A DNA stretch of 46,974 bases from Promethearchaeota archaeon Loki_b32 (GCA_005223125.1 NJBH01000031.1:1-46974); one strand, 5' to 3'. Shown: positions 29,496 to 40,229, counted from the first letter of the stretch. The notes: generated by a model not told the origin, from the letters alone. Numbers and translations are program-made.

Positions 29496-30038
29496 ATGAA
29501 ATTAAGATGGCAAATTTTGATAATATTTGGGTGTCTGGTAATTGTACAACTAGTATTGGTCCTCGTAGCGTTTCTGATAGACTGGCCAATAATCCATGTA
29601 ATTGGTGAAGAAATTTCAGTAGCGGTGTTTGATTTCTGGAGCATGGGACATCTACTACTCGGAATTGCAGTTTTTATTTTCGTTTTTACTATTTATTTTA
29701 TACTTAAAAATCGCGATGTTCCTCCCGAAAATGTTTCTATACATACAGTAAAAATACCAGCGCCAAAGAAGATGTTCATAAGTTGGATAATTAGTGTCAT
29801 AGCGGCGATCCTGTGGGAAGTTCTTGAAAATACCTTACTTTTATATTTGGAATGGAAGAATAAATTTGATAGTCCATTAAATGCAATTTCAGACATTATT
29901 TTATGGAGCATTGGTGGTCTCGGAGCCTGGTACATTACTCATTTGACATTTGTAAGTAAACAATATATCCTTGGGTATTATTTTTACGGAATTATAACTT
30001 TGCTAGTTGGTGTATATTATGTGGTGCTTTTTATTTAA
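29496..30038 (+). CDS. Membrane protein, DUF2585-like
   Basis: D.WS.GH...G, WEVLEN and DS..NA.SD within TM helices. Confidence 0.55.
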   Translation: MKLRWQILIIFGCLVIVQLVLVLVAFLIDWPIIHVIGEEISVAVFDFWSMGHLLLGIAVFIFVFTIYFILKNRDVPPENVSIHTVKIPAPKKMFISWIISVIAAILWEVLENTLLLYLEWKNKFDSPLNAISDIILWSIGGLGAWYITHLTFVSKQYILGYYFYGIITLLVGVYYVVLFI

Positions 30039-30097
30039 TCAAATTTCACTTCTAAAAACAAATTTTTTTTAAAATCATTATTATGTTATAATAATGA

Positions 30098-31504
30098 TTT
30101 TCTGGGGCAAATAATCTTCAAAAAAGTGAGAGTGTACTTCCGACGCTATTAACTTATTTAGAAGGGAATAATATCGTAGGAGAGCTTATGAAATCAGGAA
30201 TAGATGATGCTTTTATCTTAGAAAGCTACGCACAGCTCTTTAATCCTTCGAATAAAGATGGAATCAACACTTATGAATCAAATGTTTATAAACATATTAA
30301 TTCAATTTCAAGAGCAGAAATTAGCCAAAATTACTTAGCTACATTTTTGGGGTCAATTTATAATCAATATCAAGGTGAAATTCTTGAATTATCTGTCGTT
30401 GATAACAAGCTCAACATTTTTACATTAGATGGCAATAAGAGAGTTGTCGTTATAAATCCAGTAAGCAATTTTGATGATGAAATCTCTATTTAAGAGGTTG
30501 TTAGAGAAGCTACAAGTGGACTATATCAATGTTTCAAGTCTAACTTAGATGCTCAAGAACAACATAACATTGTTTATGAAGATGAGACCAAAATTAACCT
30601 CTTTACTCAAATGCAAACTGAAAAAGGTCTTGATACTCTGGAAAGCTTCTTTAAGAAAGTTCTTTATTAATGGAAATTAGTGAGCATTTCTCAATTCATC
30701 ACAGATGATTTTCAAGGCACTCTTTCTAAACAAGATTATTTAATAACAACGAAAACTATTACCATAGAACAATTAAAGAATCTAGGAATTACTAAAATAT
30801 TTGATGCACATGGCAGAGAATTATCCTTGAGTGGAGTACTAAAAGGATCTTATCGAATTCTTACAAGTGAAGATCGCAAATATCGAGCTCTCATTGAGGT
30901 AACTGGAAAAAATATTAGAGCACCAGAAGGGTGGGTCGATGGTATAGGTATAGCCGGTACATGGATTCGCAGCGCTCTATTGACCAATAAGGAAGGAAAC
31001 TTGCTTTCAAGTAGTTTCTTTAATCCATACAACCCTACATCATTTAAAATAAAGAATTACAATTGGCTCGAAGTTGAGTTCCTTCAATCATTAAGCGATG
31101 TTAATAAAGACTATCTATACTATGATGAGAACGGGAAACCCTATGGTGTGAACTTGTTCACTGTATTTTCACTAACGGATGGAGATTCTAATTTGAACCT
31201 CGAAATGCTAGTTAGCTTCATCAATCCCGTATTCAGAACTGATTACTTGAAGTTTGAATTTTCTCAAATTAAACCATATTTCGAAAATTTAATAATAAAT
31301 CAAGATTCAAAGAGAGATGAATTAGTTACAGTTTACCAGGGGAGTCCACCACCACCAGAATTTAAAGACAGAGACATTATTGAAAGCGAATGTAAAGCAG
31401 AATTAGACGCTTTAAGTCTATTGTTTTATCATATTAGAGAATATTTAATGGATCAAAAGATCAGAGATTTACCAATAAATTTCCTCTATGAATGGTTAAA
31501 ATAA
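30098..31504 (+). pseudogene. Single reading frame broken by two TAA stops; remnant of a large unknown protein
   Basis: The ORFs at 30188 and 30680 and the gap between them share one frame. Stops at 30491 and 30668. Confidence 0.7.
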
Positions 31505-31633
31505 ATGAAATCCTAACCTCTAATGATACCCCTGACCAACTCCGAAATAATGAAGGAGGAAAAATTTATGAAAAATTGGCTTTATTAAAATCTAATGAAA
31601 AAAATTAATAATTAAAAAAATTAATAATTTAAT

Positions 31634-31990
31634 ATGAATAATTCATCGATGGAGGAGTATTTCCAAGAATGGAATGAATTAAATTCGAAAGTCCAAGAAT
31701 CAATGGGCAAATTTGATTTCGCAAATATCAAGAAAATTAGAGAGGGTCAGAAAAAAATTGAAGATGCAATCTATGAGATCCTGAAAGAAAATGCGCCAGA
31801 AAATATCAGAGAAATAATTCCAGAAGATTGTGGCGAGATGGAAGTTGGTTATGACACAGAGGGAAATAAATTCTATTTTGTCATGATGGACCTTGAAGCA
31901 GAAGAGGAAGAAGAAATTAAGCTCATTGCCATAACTATCGATGTTGAGAAAGTAATTTCTATGATTGAAGATTTTGAAATCGAAGGGTAG
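31634..31990 (+). CDS. Acidic hypothetical protein
   Basis: Clean 118-aa ORF with no recognisable motif. Confidence 0.7.
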   Translation: MNNSSMEEYFQEWNELNSKVQESMGKFDFANIKKIREGQKKIEDAIYEILKENAPENIREIIPEDCGEMEVGYDTEGNKFYFVMMDLEAEEEEEIKLIAITIDVEKVISMIEDFEIEG

Positions 31991-32133
31991 AATATTTCAT
32001 TTCTAACATATATCCAGTTCTTCTAAAAAGATAAAAATAAATATTTAGAATAAAATTATTCTACTAATGAAATTTAATTCCTAAATTCCTAATACTCTTG
32101 CTTTATTATTGAATAAATTAAAGTGATTTCAAA

Positions 32134-33750
32134 ATTTCAATCCCTGCATCTTTACGCGTTGGACCTAGAACTACAAATATTCTTGCTAAAAAACGATACT
32201 TAATTATCTACTTTCTGATAATGGTATTAAGCGCTCAACCACCATTAATTCTGATGTGGTATTTCTGGCAATTCTTTCCTACTCTTAATTTAGTTTTCTA
32301 TGTACTCTTTCCATTTGTTTTCTTTTTTGGGATCCTAATTCTAATACTAGGTTCTAGTTTAATCGCAAAAGTTTTTTTAATTTTTATAAATCTACTACAT
32401 AAGCCTAAAGAGGGTATTTTCTTAAGAAATAAGAGTGATAAGGACTATTGCTATTGGAGTTTAAGAGCAGTTGTCAGAAAATGGCCAACATGGTTAGCAC
32501 GACAATTGTCATTACCTGTGCTTGAGACATTAATCTTAAAAATTCTAAGTATAAGAACTTCTTTTTCAAACTCGTTGTATGAAGGATGGATCGATTGTGA
32601 ATTTATTGAATTTGGAAAAAATGTAAAAGTTGGTCAAGGAAGTTTTATTATTTCTAATATCATCATTCAAAACAAGTTGATTTTAAAAAAAGTATCAATT
32701 GAAGATAATGTAATTATAGGCGGTCATTCAATTGTATTACCTGGAACAATAATAGGGGCTAATACAATATTAGATGCGATTTCGATGACAACAATTAATC
32801 AACGATTAGAAAGTAATTCAATTTACCACGGTTATCCTGCTAAGAAGATAGAAAGAACAGAAATAATCGAAAATATTAATCAACTTGAAGAAATTATATT
32901 TGATAAGAAGAGATTAGAAGGATATGATAAAGAAGATTTAAATGCCCAAGCAAAAGAACTCTCTGTTCCATTTCATTTTTATATAATCACTGGTTGGATT
33001 ATAGTAGGTTTTTCTTTTATATTGCCTGGATTTTTGTTTTATCTCTTTCTCTTTGGATTTTTAACTCCTAATTTGTTTTCAATTACATTTTCTTTTAAAT
33101 TATTTTTAGATCTCAAATTTATTCTTATTTTACTCCTCACTCCTTTAATATTTATTTGTATATATTTAATACATCTATTTTTTATTGCTCTATTTACAAA
33201 GTGGTTCTATAAATGGGCAAATGAGAGAGGACCTGATCAGGGTGTATTTGATCGAAATTTAGATGAAATGTCTACCGTATTAGATTATTATCATTTTAGA
33301 TCTTTTTTATTTAAATACCCCATTTTTGCTTTTATTCGTTCACCCTTTCCTTGGCTTATCAATTGGGAATTAAGATTCATAGGTTCGAATAAGGTTGGGA
33401 AAGGAACAGTATTTGAAGATACTTTTTTTCATAGTCATATTGATTTTGGTAAGAATTGTTATATTGGAACTAATTCACATGTCAGTAACCATTTAGTAGA
33501 TGGAGTTTATGGAGAAGAAAATTTAACATTTTATGGTTGTGATATAGGAAAGAATTGTATTTTTAGTCTATCAAATGGTGCTATGCCTGGTTTAAAAATG
33601 GAAGACAATTCGACAGTATTACCTATGTGTGCTACAATTAAATATGATAAGCTTGGAATAAATGGAATTTATGGTCGATTTCCTGCGAAAAAACTAAAAC
33701 TTGATGAAATTAGGAAATTTACTGGAGGTGTGTATGACGGAGAAGAATGA
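32134..33750 (+). CDS. Membrane protein with two (TM hairpin + left-handed beta-helix) units; likely ATT start (first ATG at 32221)
   Basis: Hexapeptide repeats (IEDNVIIGGHSIVLPGTIIGANT; IGKNCIF) alternate with TM pairs. Confidence 0.75.
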   Translation: MSIPASLRVGPRTTNILAKKRYLIIYFLIMVLSAQPPLILMWYFWQFFPTLNLVFYVLFPFVFFFGILILILGSSLIAKVFLIFINLLHKPKEGIFLRNKSDKDYCYWSLRAVVRKWPTWLARQLSLPVLETLILKILSIRTSFSNSLYEGWIDCEFIEFGKNVKVGQGSFIISNIIIQNKLILKKVSIEDNVIIGGHSIVLPGTIIGANTILDAISMTTINQRLESNSIYHGYPAKKIERTEIIENINQLEEIIFDKKRLEGYDKEDLNAQAKELSVPFHFYIITGWIIVGFSFILPGFLFYLFLFGFLTPNLFSITFSFKLFLDLKFILILLLTPLIFICIYLIHLFFIALFTKWFYKWANERGPDQGVFDRNLDEMSTVLDYYHFRSFLFKYPIFAFIRSPFPWLINWELRFIGSNKVGKGTVFEDTFFHSHIDFGKNCYIGTNSHVSNHLVDGVYGEENLTFYGCDIGKNCIFSLSNGAMPGLKMEDNSTVLPMCATIKYDKLGINGIYGRFPAKKLKLDEIRKFTGGVYDGEE

Positions 33751-34621
33751 AAATCCTATTCCTAATGATAATAATAAATCGATTGATATTACTAAAATTC
33801 CTATTACAACAAATGGATTTAAGTGGTCTTTTACCTCCACTTTGCTATATTTATTATTACACGTCCTTTCAATCATCATGCCAACAGTAATGGTATTAAC
33901 TTTTTTTAACTCTGCGATGGATTCAAATTTATTTCATTGGAGGATATTATTGATCTTTATTGATGTATTAGCATGGTGGGGGTCTTATCTCCTCATTAGT
34001 TTACTTCTAGGTAAATTATTTTTGATTTTGCTTAAATTATTACATAAACCAATAGAGGGAATCTTTAAAATTGACCAAAAAAATGGAGACTATTCATATT
34101 TTTGTTTACGAGTATCTGTTAAAAAATTTATTTTCTGGATCTGGAATAATTTTTGTTTTCCATGGGTTAGTAACTGTGTTTTTAAAATGTGTGATATTAG
34201 AGCAGATTTCAAGAGTACCATGTTTGATGGTTGGAGTGATGTGGAATTTATAGAGTTTGGGAATAACATTATGATAGGACAAGGAGCTCAAATCTTTTCA
34301 AGCATTATAATAAGAATTGATAATGAAGATTATCTATTAATCAAAAAAGTAGTTATTGGTGATCATGTTGTTTTAGGTGCGAAATCTATCGTAACACCTG
34401 GCACTATTATAGGAAAAGGATCGACATTGGGAGCATGGACAGTTACCCACATTAATCAGATAATCGAACCAGATTGGATATTTATAGGAAACCCTGCTCG
34501 TAAATATCAACCTGCTCAAAAAATAATAGAGGAAAGTAAGAAACAAGCAATGAGAAGGTTAGTAGATACTGGAGAGAGAATAAAATTTGATATAACACAA
34601 TTTTCAAACGGTAAAAAATAA
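33734..34621 (+). CDS. Membrane protein with one (TM hairpin + LbH) unit
   Basis: ATG follows GGAGGTG. IGDHVVLGAKSIVTPGTIIGKG and IFIGNPAR. Paralogous to the preceding gene. Confidence 0.8.
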   Translation: MTEKNENPIPNDNNKSIDITKIPITTNGFKWSFTSTLLYLLLHVLSIIMPTVMVLTFFNSAMDSNLFHWRILLIFIDVLAWWGSYLLISLLLGKLFLILLKLLHKPIEGIFKIDQKNGDYSYFCLRVSVKKFIFWIWNNFCFPWVSNCVFKMCDIRADFKSTMFDGWSDVEFIEFGNNIMIGQGAQIFSSIIIRIDNEDYLLIKKVVIGDHVVLGAKSIVTPGTIIGKGSTLGAWTVTHINQIIEPDWIFIGNPARKYQPAQKIIEESKKQAMRRLVDTGERIKFDITQFSNGKK

Positions 34622-34778
34622 AAAAAAAGCAAGTTAAAAAAACGTTAATATTTTTAATGGATTATTTATAACTTCTCTTTTAATTTGGAAATATATGAAG
34701 TAAAAAGTAAAGAGATATATATTAAGTTTTAAAATAATTAAATAATACGAGAATTACAATTTAAGAATATGATTTAAA

Positions 34779-35525
34779 ATGTATAAAGTAGTACTTTTAA
34801 GACATGGGGAAAGTACATGGAATAAGGAGAATAGATTCACAGGTTGGACTGATGTTGATCTTTCAGAAAAAGGAATACAGGAAGCTGAAGAAGCGGCAAA
34901 ATTATTGAAAGAAGGAGCATATACTTTTGATATCGCGTATACATCAGTCCTAAAGAGAGGGATTCGTACTTTATGGATCGTTTTAGATAAGATGGACTTA
35001 ATGTGGATTCCCGTTTATCGTTCTTGGCGATTAAATGAAAGGCATTATGGTGATTTACAGGGTTTTTTCAAAGCAAAGATAGCAGCTGAAGTAGGTGAAG
35101 AACAGGTATTAATCTGGAGACGAAGTTATGATATACCCCCACCTGCACTTAGAACAAGTGATCCACGGTATCCTGGAAATGAGAGAAAATATAAAGATTT
35201 AAACGCTGATGAAATTCCTTTAACTGAATGTTTGAAAGATACAGTCGCTAGAGTATTACCATATTGGCATGATACTATTACTCCCACTATAAAATCAGGA
35301 AAGAAAGTTTTGATTTCAGCACATGGTAATAGCTTAAGAGCACTTGTCAAATATCTTGATAATATGCCTGATGAAGAAGTAGTCATATTAAATATCCCTA
35401 CTGGCGTACCTCTTATTTATGAATTAGATGATGATCTAAAACCAATCAACCATTATTATCTTGGTGATACTGAAAAAATAGCACAAGCAATTGAAGCTGT
35501 TGCTGCTCAAGGTAAGGCAAAATAG
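34779..35525 (+). CDS. gpmA: 2,3-BPG-dependent phosphoglycerate mutase
   Basis: [39 protein letters not shown] and NIPTG.P. Confidence 0.95.
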   Translation: MYKVVLLRHGESTWNKENRFTGWTDVDLSEKGIQEAEEAAKLLKEGAYTFDIAYTSVLKRGIRTLWIVLDKMDLMWIPVYRSWRLNERHYGDLQGFFKAKIAAEVGEEQVLIWRRSYDIPPPALRTSDPRYPGNERKYKDLNADEIPLTECLKDTVARVLPYWHDTITPTIKSGKKVLISAHGNSLRALVKYLDNMPDEEVVILNIPTGVPLIYELDDDLKPINHYYLGDTEKIAQAIEAVAAQGKAK

Positions 35526-35550
35526 TTTTTATAAGAGAGATCAAACAAGC

Positions 35551-36057
35551 ATGAATTATATTTCAACAAGAAAAACAATTTGTAAAATTATCCTTTTTGT
35601 AACAATTATTACCCTTATGTTTAATCTGCCCAAATCTATAACTATAGTTAAAGCACAATCATACAATGATATCTCTGTGCATGATGCTTATAATATGATA
35701 AATAATAATACCTAATATCCAAATCTTATTATCTTAGATGTTAGAGATCGATCAGAAGATAATGTTAATCATATATGTGAAGCAATTTTAAAACCTCTCT
35801 CAGAGCTTGAATCGAAGCTTAACGAACTTAACTCTTATAACGATGCTGAAATAATTGTATATTTTTTGTTGGGGGGTAGAAGTGCTTTAGGAAGTCAGAT
35901 TCTTGTTGATAATGGTTTTACAAAAATTTATAACATGCTTGATGGTATTACGGAATGAATATCTGCTGGTTATGAAACATGTCCCGTTGTAAACCGTCAA
36001 TCAACAATAACATTTATATTTAATATATTTGTTATGGTATTTGGGGGAGCTAGCTAA
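35551..36057 (+). pseudogene. Secreted/membrane-anchored rhodanese pseudogene
   Basis: IILDVR...H, IIVYFLLGGRS (catalytic Cys position is Phe) and GF..IYNM.DG..*. In-frame TAA at 35713 and TGA at 35956. Confidence 0.85.
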
Positions 36058-36113
36058 ATAATTACCTTATACCTAAGGAAAAAGATAAAAAAAAAAAGTT
36101 AAACAATTTATTA

Positions 36114-36425
36114 TTACCATTGCATTCCTACTAGTGCTTTCATACTATCGGTTACTCCAACTAAATATTCCATATCAATTTTGAAACCTTCAATTTCATT
36201 GGTTAAAGGGAGGAAATATTTTTGTACTTCTAACCAAGCTTCTTCTCCTTTTCCTCTTTCAGTATATATTAGATGATATTGTTTACTACCTTTTAGACCA
36301 CCGGCAGTATTAAAAGCACGCCATTTTGTAACAAAAGGTATCTCTCTTGGTCTTTTTAGATATAATTTCCCAACATCCATCCCTTTTTGCAGAGGAAACC
36401 AAACCGTTAACATAAAAATTGCCAT
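36114..36425 (-). CDS. Small hypothetical protein
   Basis: ATG downstream of AGGAGT. 103-aa ORF. Confidence 0.7.
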   Translation of the reverse strand: MAIFMLTVWFPLQKGMDVGKLYLKRPREIPFVTKWRAFNTAGGLKGSKQYHLIYTERGKGEEAWLEVQKYFLPLTNEIEGFKIDMEYLVGVTDSMKALVGMQW

Positions 36426-36587
36426 AATTAGATTGCACTCCTTTTATTTTTTCATTATTGGATTAAACGATAAATAGATATTTTTGTGGATTTTATTTAA
36501 GAATTTTCATTTTTGTATAATATTTTTTTAACAAAGAATAAAAACATTAAAGCAATTGTATTAAATTAGGACGAGAGGTTTTCTAAT

Positions 36588-37376
36588 ATGGTAAAAAAAT
36601 CTTTAATTGATAATCCAACAGTTTCGAACCAGATCTTTTTTCCTCGAAAAATACCCGAGCCAACTAATCTAGACTCAAATATTAGAGTATTGAAATTTGA
36701 TATTAGCAAAAAAATTGTTATCGGTGGTTTTTTTTATCTAAATGAAACTTATTTTCCAACTATTCTATTATTTCATGGAAATGGGGAAATTGCCGCCGAT
36801 TATCAATATTTCTTAGATTTTTTTTTTGATTGTGGAGTAAATTTGGCAGTAGCCGATTTCCGAGGGTATGGTTTTAGTACTGGAGAACCAGTCTATAGTG
36901 GTTTAATTTCAGATGCCTTACCAATTTACAATAAATTTTATGATTGGTTAATCTCGAATAACATGTATGATTCTTTATTTCTATTAGGGCGATCACTTGG
37001 AAGTGCTTGCGCAGCAGAAATTGGCGCATATAATCCAGATGGTTTACGAGGCATTATTTTTGAAAGTGGGTTTGCAAGTATGTACAATATGATGACAAGA
37101 TTATTCAGAGTTAGTGGACCCGGTATCACACCTGAAGGATTGAGCGAATATTCAAATGATACTAGAATTAGGCAATTTCAAAAACCAGTATTAATTATTC
37201 ATGGAACGCAAGATTGGATTATTCCATATAATGAGGGAGAATTAATATATGAATGTATTCCTGATGGAATTGAGAAAAAACTAGTTTTGATTGAAGGTGC
37301 AGGTCATAATGATATCTTCTCCTTTAGAGAGGAGTATACTAATCCTTTAAAAGAGTTTATTCAAAAAAATAAATAA
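36588..37376 (+). CDS. Alpha/beta hydrolase
   Basis: FHGNGE, DFRGYG.S, GRSLG (nucleophile), IIHG..D and GAGHND. Confidence 0.92.
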   Translation: MVKKSLIDNPTVSNQIFFPRKIPEPTNLDSNIRVLKFDISKKIVIGGFFYLNETYFPTILLFHGNGEIAADYQYFLDFFFDCGVNLAVADFRGYGFSTGEPVYSGLISDALPIYNKFYDWLISNNMYDSLFLLGRSLGSACAAEIGAYNPDGLRGIIFESGFASMYNMMTRLFRVSGPGITPEGLSEYSNDTRIRQFQKPVLIIHGTQDWIIPYNEGELIYECIPDGIEKKLVLIEGAGHNDIFSFREEYTNPLKEFIQKNK

Positions 37377-37483
37377 TAAATTAAGCCGATTTTTCAGTCA
37401 AAAATTGGACTAAAGATCATTTTACTACTATCTTAATTTTTATTTAATTAGAAAATAAAATTCTGTTTTTCAGTGAATAATAA

Positions 37484-37792
37484 TTGTCTAATAAAATTTA
37501 TAATTTCTGTCCTTATTGTGGGAAGAGAATACCTAAATTTAATACGAATAAGACGTATTATTGCTGTTTTTGTGGTTTAAAACTAAAAAAAAGGAGTAAT
37601 AACACTTTAAAAAAGGTTCAATGTACAATTTGCCATAATTTTATTGATTCAAATAAGTATAAAACAATTAAGTGTTCTTTTTGTGGAAGCATGTATCATT
37701 CAACATGCGTATCATCTTGGCTCCACAAATATAATGCATGTCCTATGTGTCAAAATGTTTACATCTTTCCAAATAAGACAATACATATATAA
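37484..37792 (+). CDS. Zinc-ribbon + RING-type (C4HC3) finger protein, candidate E3 ligase
   Basis: CPYC...CCFC followed by CTIC-x13-CSFC-x4-H-x2-C-x3-W-x6-CPMC. Confidence 0.8.
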   Translation: MSNKIYNFCPYCGKRIPKFNTNKTYYCCFCGLKLKKRSNNTLKKVQCTICHNFIDSNKYKTIKCSFCGSMYHSTCVSSWLHKYNACPMCQNVYIFPNKTIHI

Positions 37793-37864
37793 AATAACAG
37801 TGAAACCCTTTGAATTGAAATAATAAAACTAGAATTTAGATTGATTTTTTCTATTTTATCTATC

Positions 37865-38086
37865 CTAATAATCCTTTAAAAATTCATTAACTAGTAATTG
37901 CTTATAATCTGAACTTCTTTCTCTAAAAGGTATATCTTCCTCTCCGGTATAAATATCTGATGGAGATTTCTCTTTAAATATAACCGGAAAAGGAATAATT
38001 AAATCAGAAAGATTTGAAAAATCTTCGTGAAAACTAATTTCATCAATAATTTCATAAATTTTCTTATTAAGTACCTCTAATCCCAT
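37865..38086 (-). CDS. Small protein, paralogue 3 of a tandem triplet
   Basis: C-terminal P.DIY...YK.LL..EFL motif. Confidence 0.7.
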   Translation of the reverse strand: MGLEVLNKKIYEIIDEISFHEDFSNLSDLIIPFPVIFKEKSPSDIYTGEEDIPFRERSSDYKQLLVNEFLKDY

Positions 38087-38185
38087 TTTTCATCTCACAT
38101 TGAGTTCTCTTTAATTACTCAATAAAAATTTCTCTACTTAAATTGAAAGTCCCGACAAATTTAGTGATAAATCCTAAATTCTCCT

Positions 38186-38497
38186 TTATTCAGCAAGAAA
38201 TTCTTCTTTCAAAATACGTTTGTACTTCGAGTTAAAACTTTTAAGAGAATTATCTTCTATATTTGAATAAATATCAACTGGAAATTTTTCGTTATAAATA
38301 TTTAAGATTAAAACTATTAAACTTGAGATGTTATTAAAATAAACTTGCGAATTTTTACTATTAAATAAATCAGCTACAAGTTTAGACAGTAGAACAAATT
38401 TCTTCCTTTGGAGGTATTTTTTATTAAATGTTGTTTCTGATTTGAAAATATTTCTCAAAAAATCTTCAACTTCTCTTTCAATTGTAAGTGAATTCAC
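38186..38497 (-). CDS. Small protein, paralogue 2 of a tandem triplet
   Basis: PVDIY...YKRILKEEFL. Confidence 0.7.
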   Translation of the reverse strand: MNSLTIEREVEDFLRNIFKSETTFNKKYLQRKKFVLLSKLVADLFNSKNSQVYFNNISSLIVLILNIYNEKFPVDIYSNIEDNSLKSFNSKYKRILKEEFLAE

Positions 38498-38583
38498 AAT
38501 CCATCAAGATTTAATCTCTTTTATGGATTATTTTAAATTAAATATAAAAACAGATTGAATTTTTCAAATTAATATCGCGTTAG

Positions 38584-38796
38584 CTAGGTTAAAAACTCCT
38601 GAATGAGGATTTTTTTGTAATCTTGACGTCTTTCTTTAAAATTTATTTTTTCATGTCCACTATAGATATCTAAGGGTTTTTTAGAATCATCTTTTGCAGA
38701 AAAAGGAATTGAAAGGTGTGATATGTCAAGAAAAGGGGGATTTTCTGATAAGTTAAAAATCTCTTCCCAAATTTTATTATATTCATCAAGAACCAT
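38584..38796 (-). CDS. Small protein, paralogue 1 of a tandem triplet
   Basis: PLDIYSG...FKER..DYKKILIQEFL. Confidence 0.7.
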   Translation of the reverse strand: MVLDEYNKIWEEIFNLSENPPFLDISHLSIPFSAKDDSKKPLDIYSGHEKINFKERRQDYKKILIQEFLT

Positions 38797-39005
38797 TATT
38801 TATTCATCCAAATTTGTAGTTTTTAAACTTAACTCGTACTTTTTTTAATTATTTTATAAATTTCATATATTTAAACTCAAAGTAAACGAAAGATTTTTAT
38901 ATTAAAAGCTTCAAATTTCCGATTTTCCTACGAAAAAAAGGAAATAATCAATATACTGACATATATGGGTAAAAAAAAAAATGAAAGATTTTAAAAATTA
39001 AAGTT

Positions 39006-39857
39006 TTAATTGGTTTTTTTAATAAAGTATTTTTCAAAGAATTCAGCATTTTCTTGAAGTATTTTTTTTGAGCAGATCTTTTCATGCCCGGGAATATATG
39101 TATCAATGTCTTTTTCCATGTAATTAATTAAAGTGTCACAAAGTCGTTGAGGATTCACAGGATTTGGTGCGGGATCAGTTGTTGTTGCCCAATTAGGGTC
39201 AGTTTCTTCAAAAAGCAGATCTCCCATGAAAACCATTTTTTCTTTTTCAAAATAGGCAACCATATCTCCTGTTGTATGAGCGTCTCCAATTTAAATTATC
39301 TGAACTTTATTCTTTGTTCCCTCTATTATAATAGAATCATTTATAATAAAATCTGGAGGCCTCAGTTTGAAGTTTGGATCTAACATTTCATTATAAGTAT
39401 TGATATCATTATTCATTTCGAGAATCTTATCAGGATTAGACTCTTTTTTTATTTCTTCTTTTATTCTTTTTAATTCTTGAGTGGCAATTCCTCTGAAGCG
39501 TTTAATCGTGTCCTCTAGATTTTTATGATATACTGATAATGTTTCAGAGCTACTAATTATTGGTATTTCTATTGGAAACTTGCGATTACCATATAAATGA
39601 TCCATATGATAATGGCTATTTATTAGGAAGGAAGGATCCTTCTTAGTAAACTTTTTAGAAGCTCTAATTAAGTCATCAGTTGAGTATGGATCCATCATTG
39701 TATCAAAGATGACTAAATAATTACCAAGATCAAAAAACCCAGCGTTTGAAGATGGTAATTTTTCTGCTGTTATAGCAGCGTAAATTCCTGTATTGAGTTC
39801 ATATAGGTCAAAATAAATTGACTCGAAATCTAATTTCTTAACCTCCATATTTTTCAC
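39006..39857 (-). pseudogene. MBL-fold metallo-hydrolase split by one in-frame TAA (39291-39293)
   Basis: SHYHMDH..GN, then after the stop IGDAHTTGD, FMGDL and IPGH in the same frame. Confidence 0.85.
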
Positions 39858-39920
39858 CTTATTTTGTTTTAATTTTTATTATATATGAAAAAAAAATCTT
39901 GTATAGTCAATTAAAAGAAT

Positions 39921-40229
39921 TTAATCAGAAATTCTCTCTAATTTAAAACATACAGGTCTTACTCCGTCACTACATGTATCATACGCCGTACCTTCTTCTG
40001 CCCAATGTTTAAAATCACCACCGAATCGTAATACATTTATGGTACGAGTTAAATCTGTCCATGCCCACCAACAGAACCCTTCTGGCATTTCTCTATTTTC
40101 ACTAATCCATTCTTGCCCATCTTCAAATGAACATTTCTCTACTACTTTGCCAGTAGGTGTTTTATATTCATGTCCAAACACATCTTCAGGACTAAACCGC
40201 TTTATAACTGTTATTTTTATTTTTGGCAT
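39921..40229 (-). CDS. TIGR04076-like small Cys-containing protein
   Basis: KITVIK, C...DGQE, PEGFC.WAW..L and CSDG.RPV.FKLER. Confidence 0.8.
   Translation of the reverse strand: MPKIKITVIKRFSPEDVFGHEYKTPTGKVVEKCSFEDGQEWISENREMPEGFCWWAWTDLTRTINVLRFGGDFKHWAEEGTAYDTCSDGVRPVCFKLERISD

Noticed and set aside
35956-35958. TGA in the rhodanese as Sec
   Set aside because: It falls at the conserved Trp of the G...W motif (TGG to TGA), not at a Cys site.
30491-39293. Stop-codon reassignment suggested by in-frame stops at 30491, 30668, 35713, 35956 and 39291
   Set aside because: TAA terminates most intact genes here, and the rhodanese has also lost its catalytic Cys. Ordinary nonsense decay or sequencing error is simpler.
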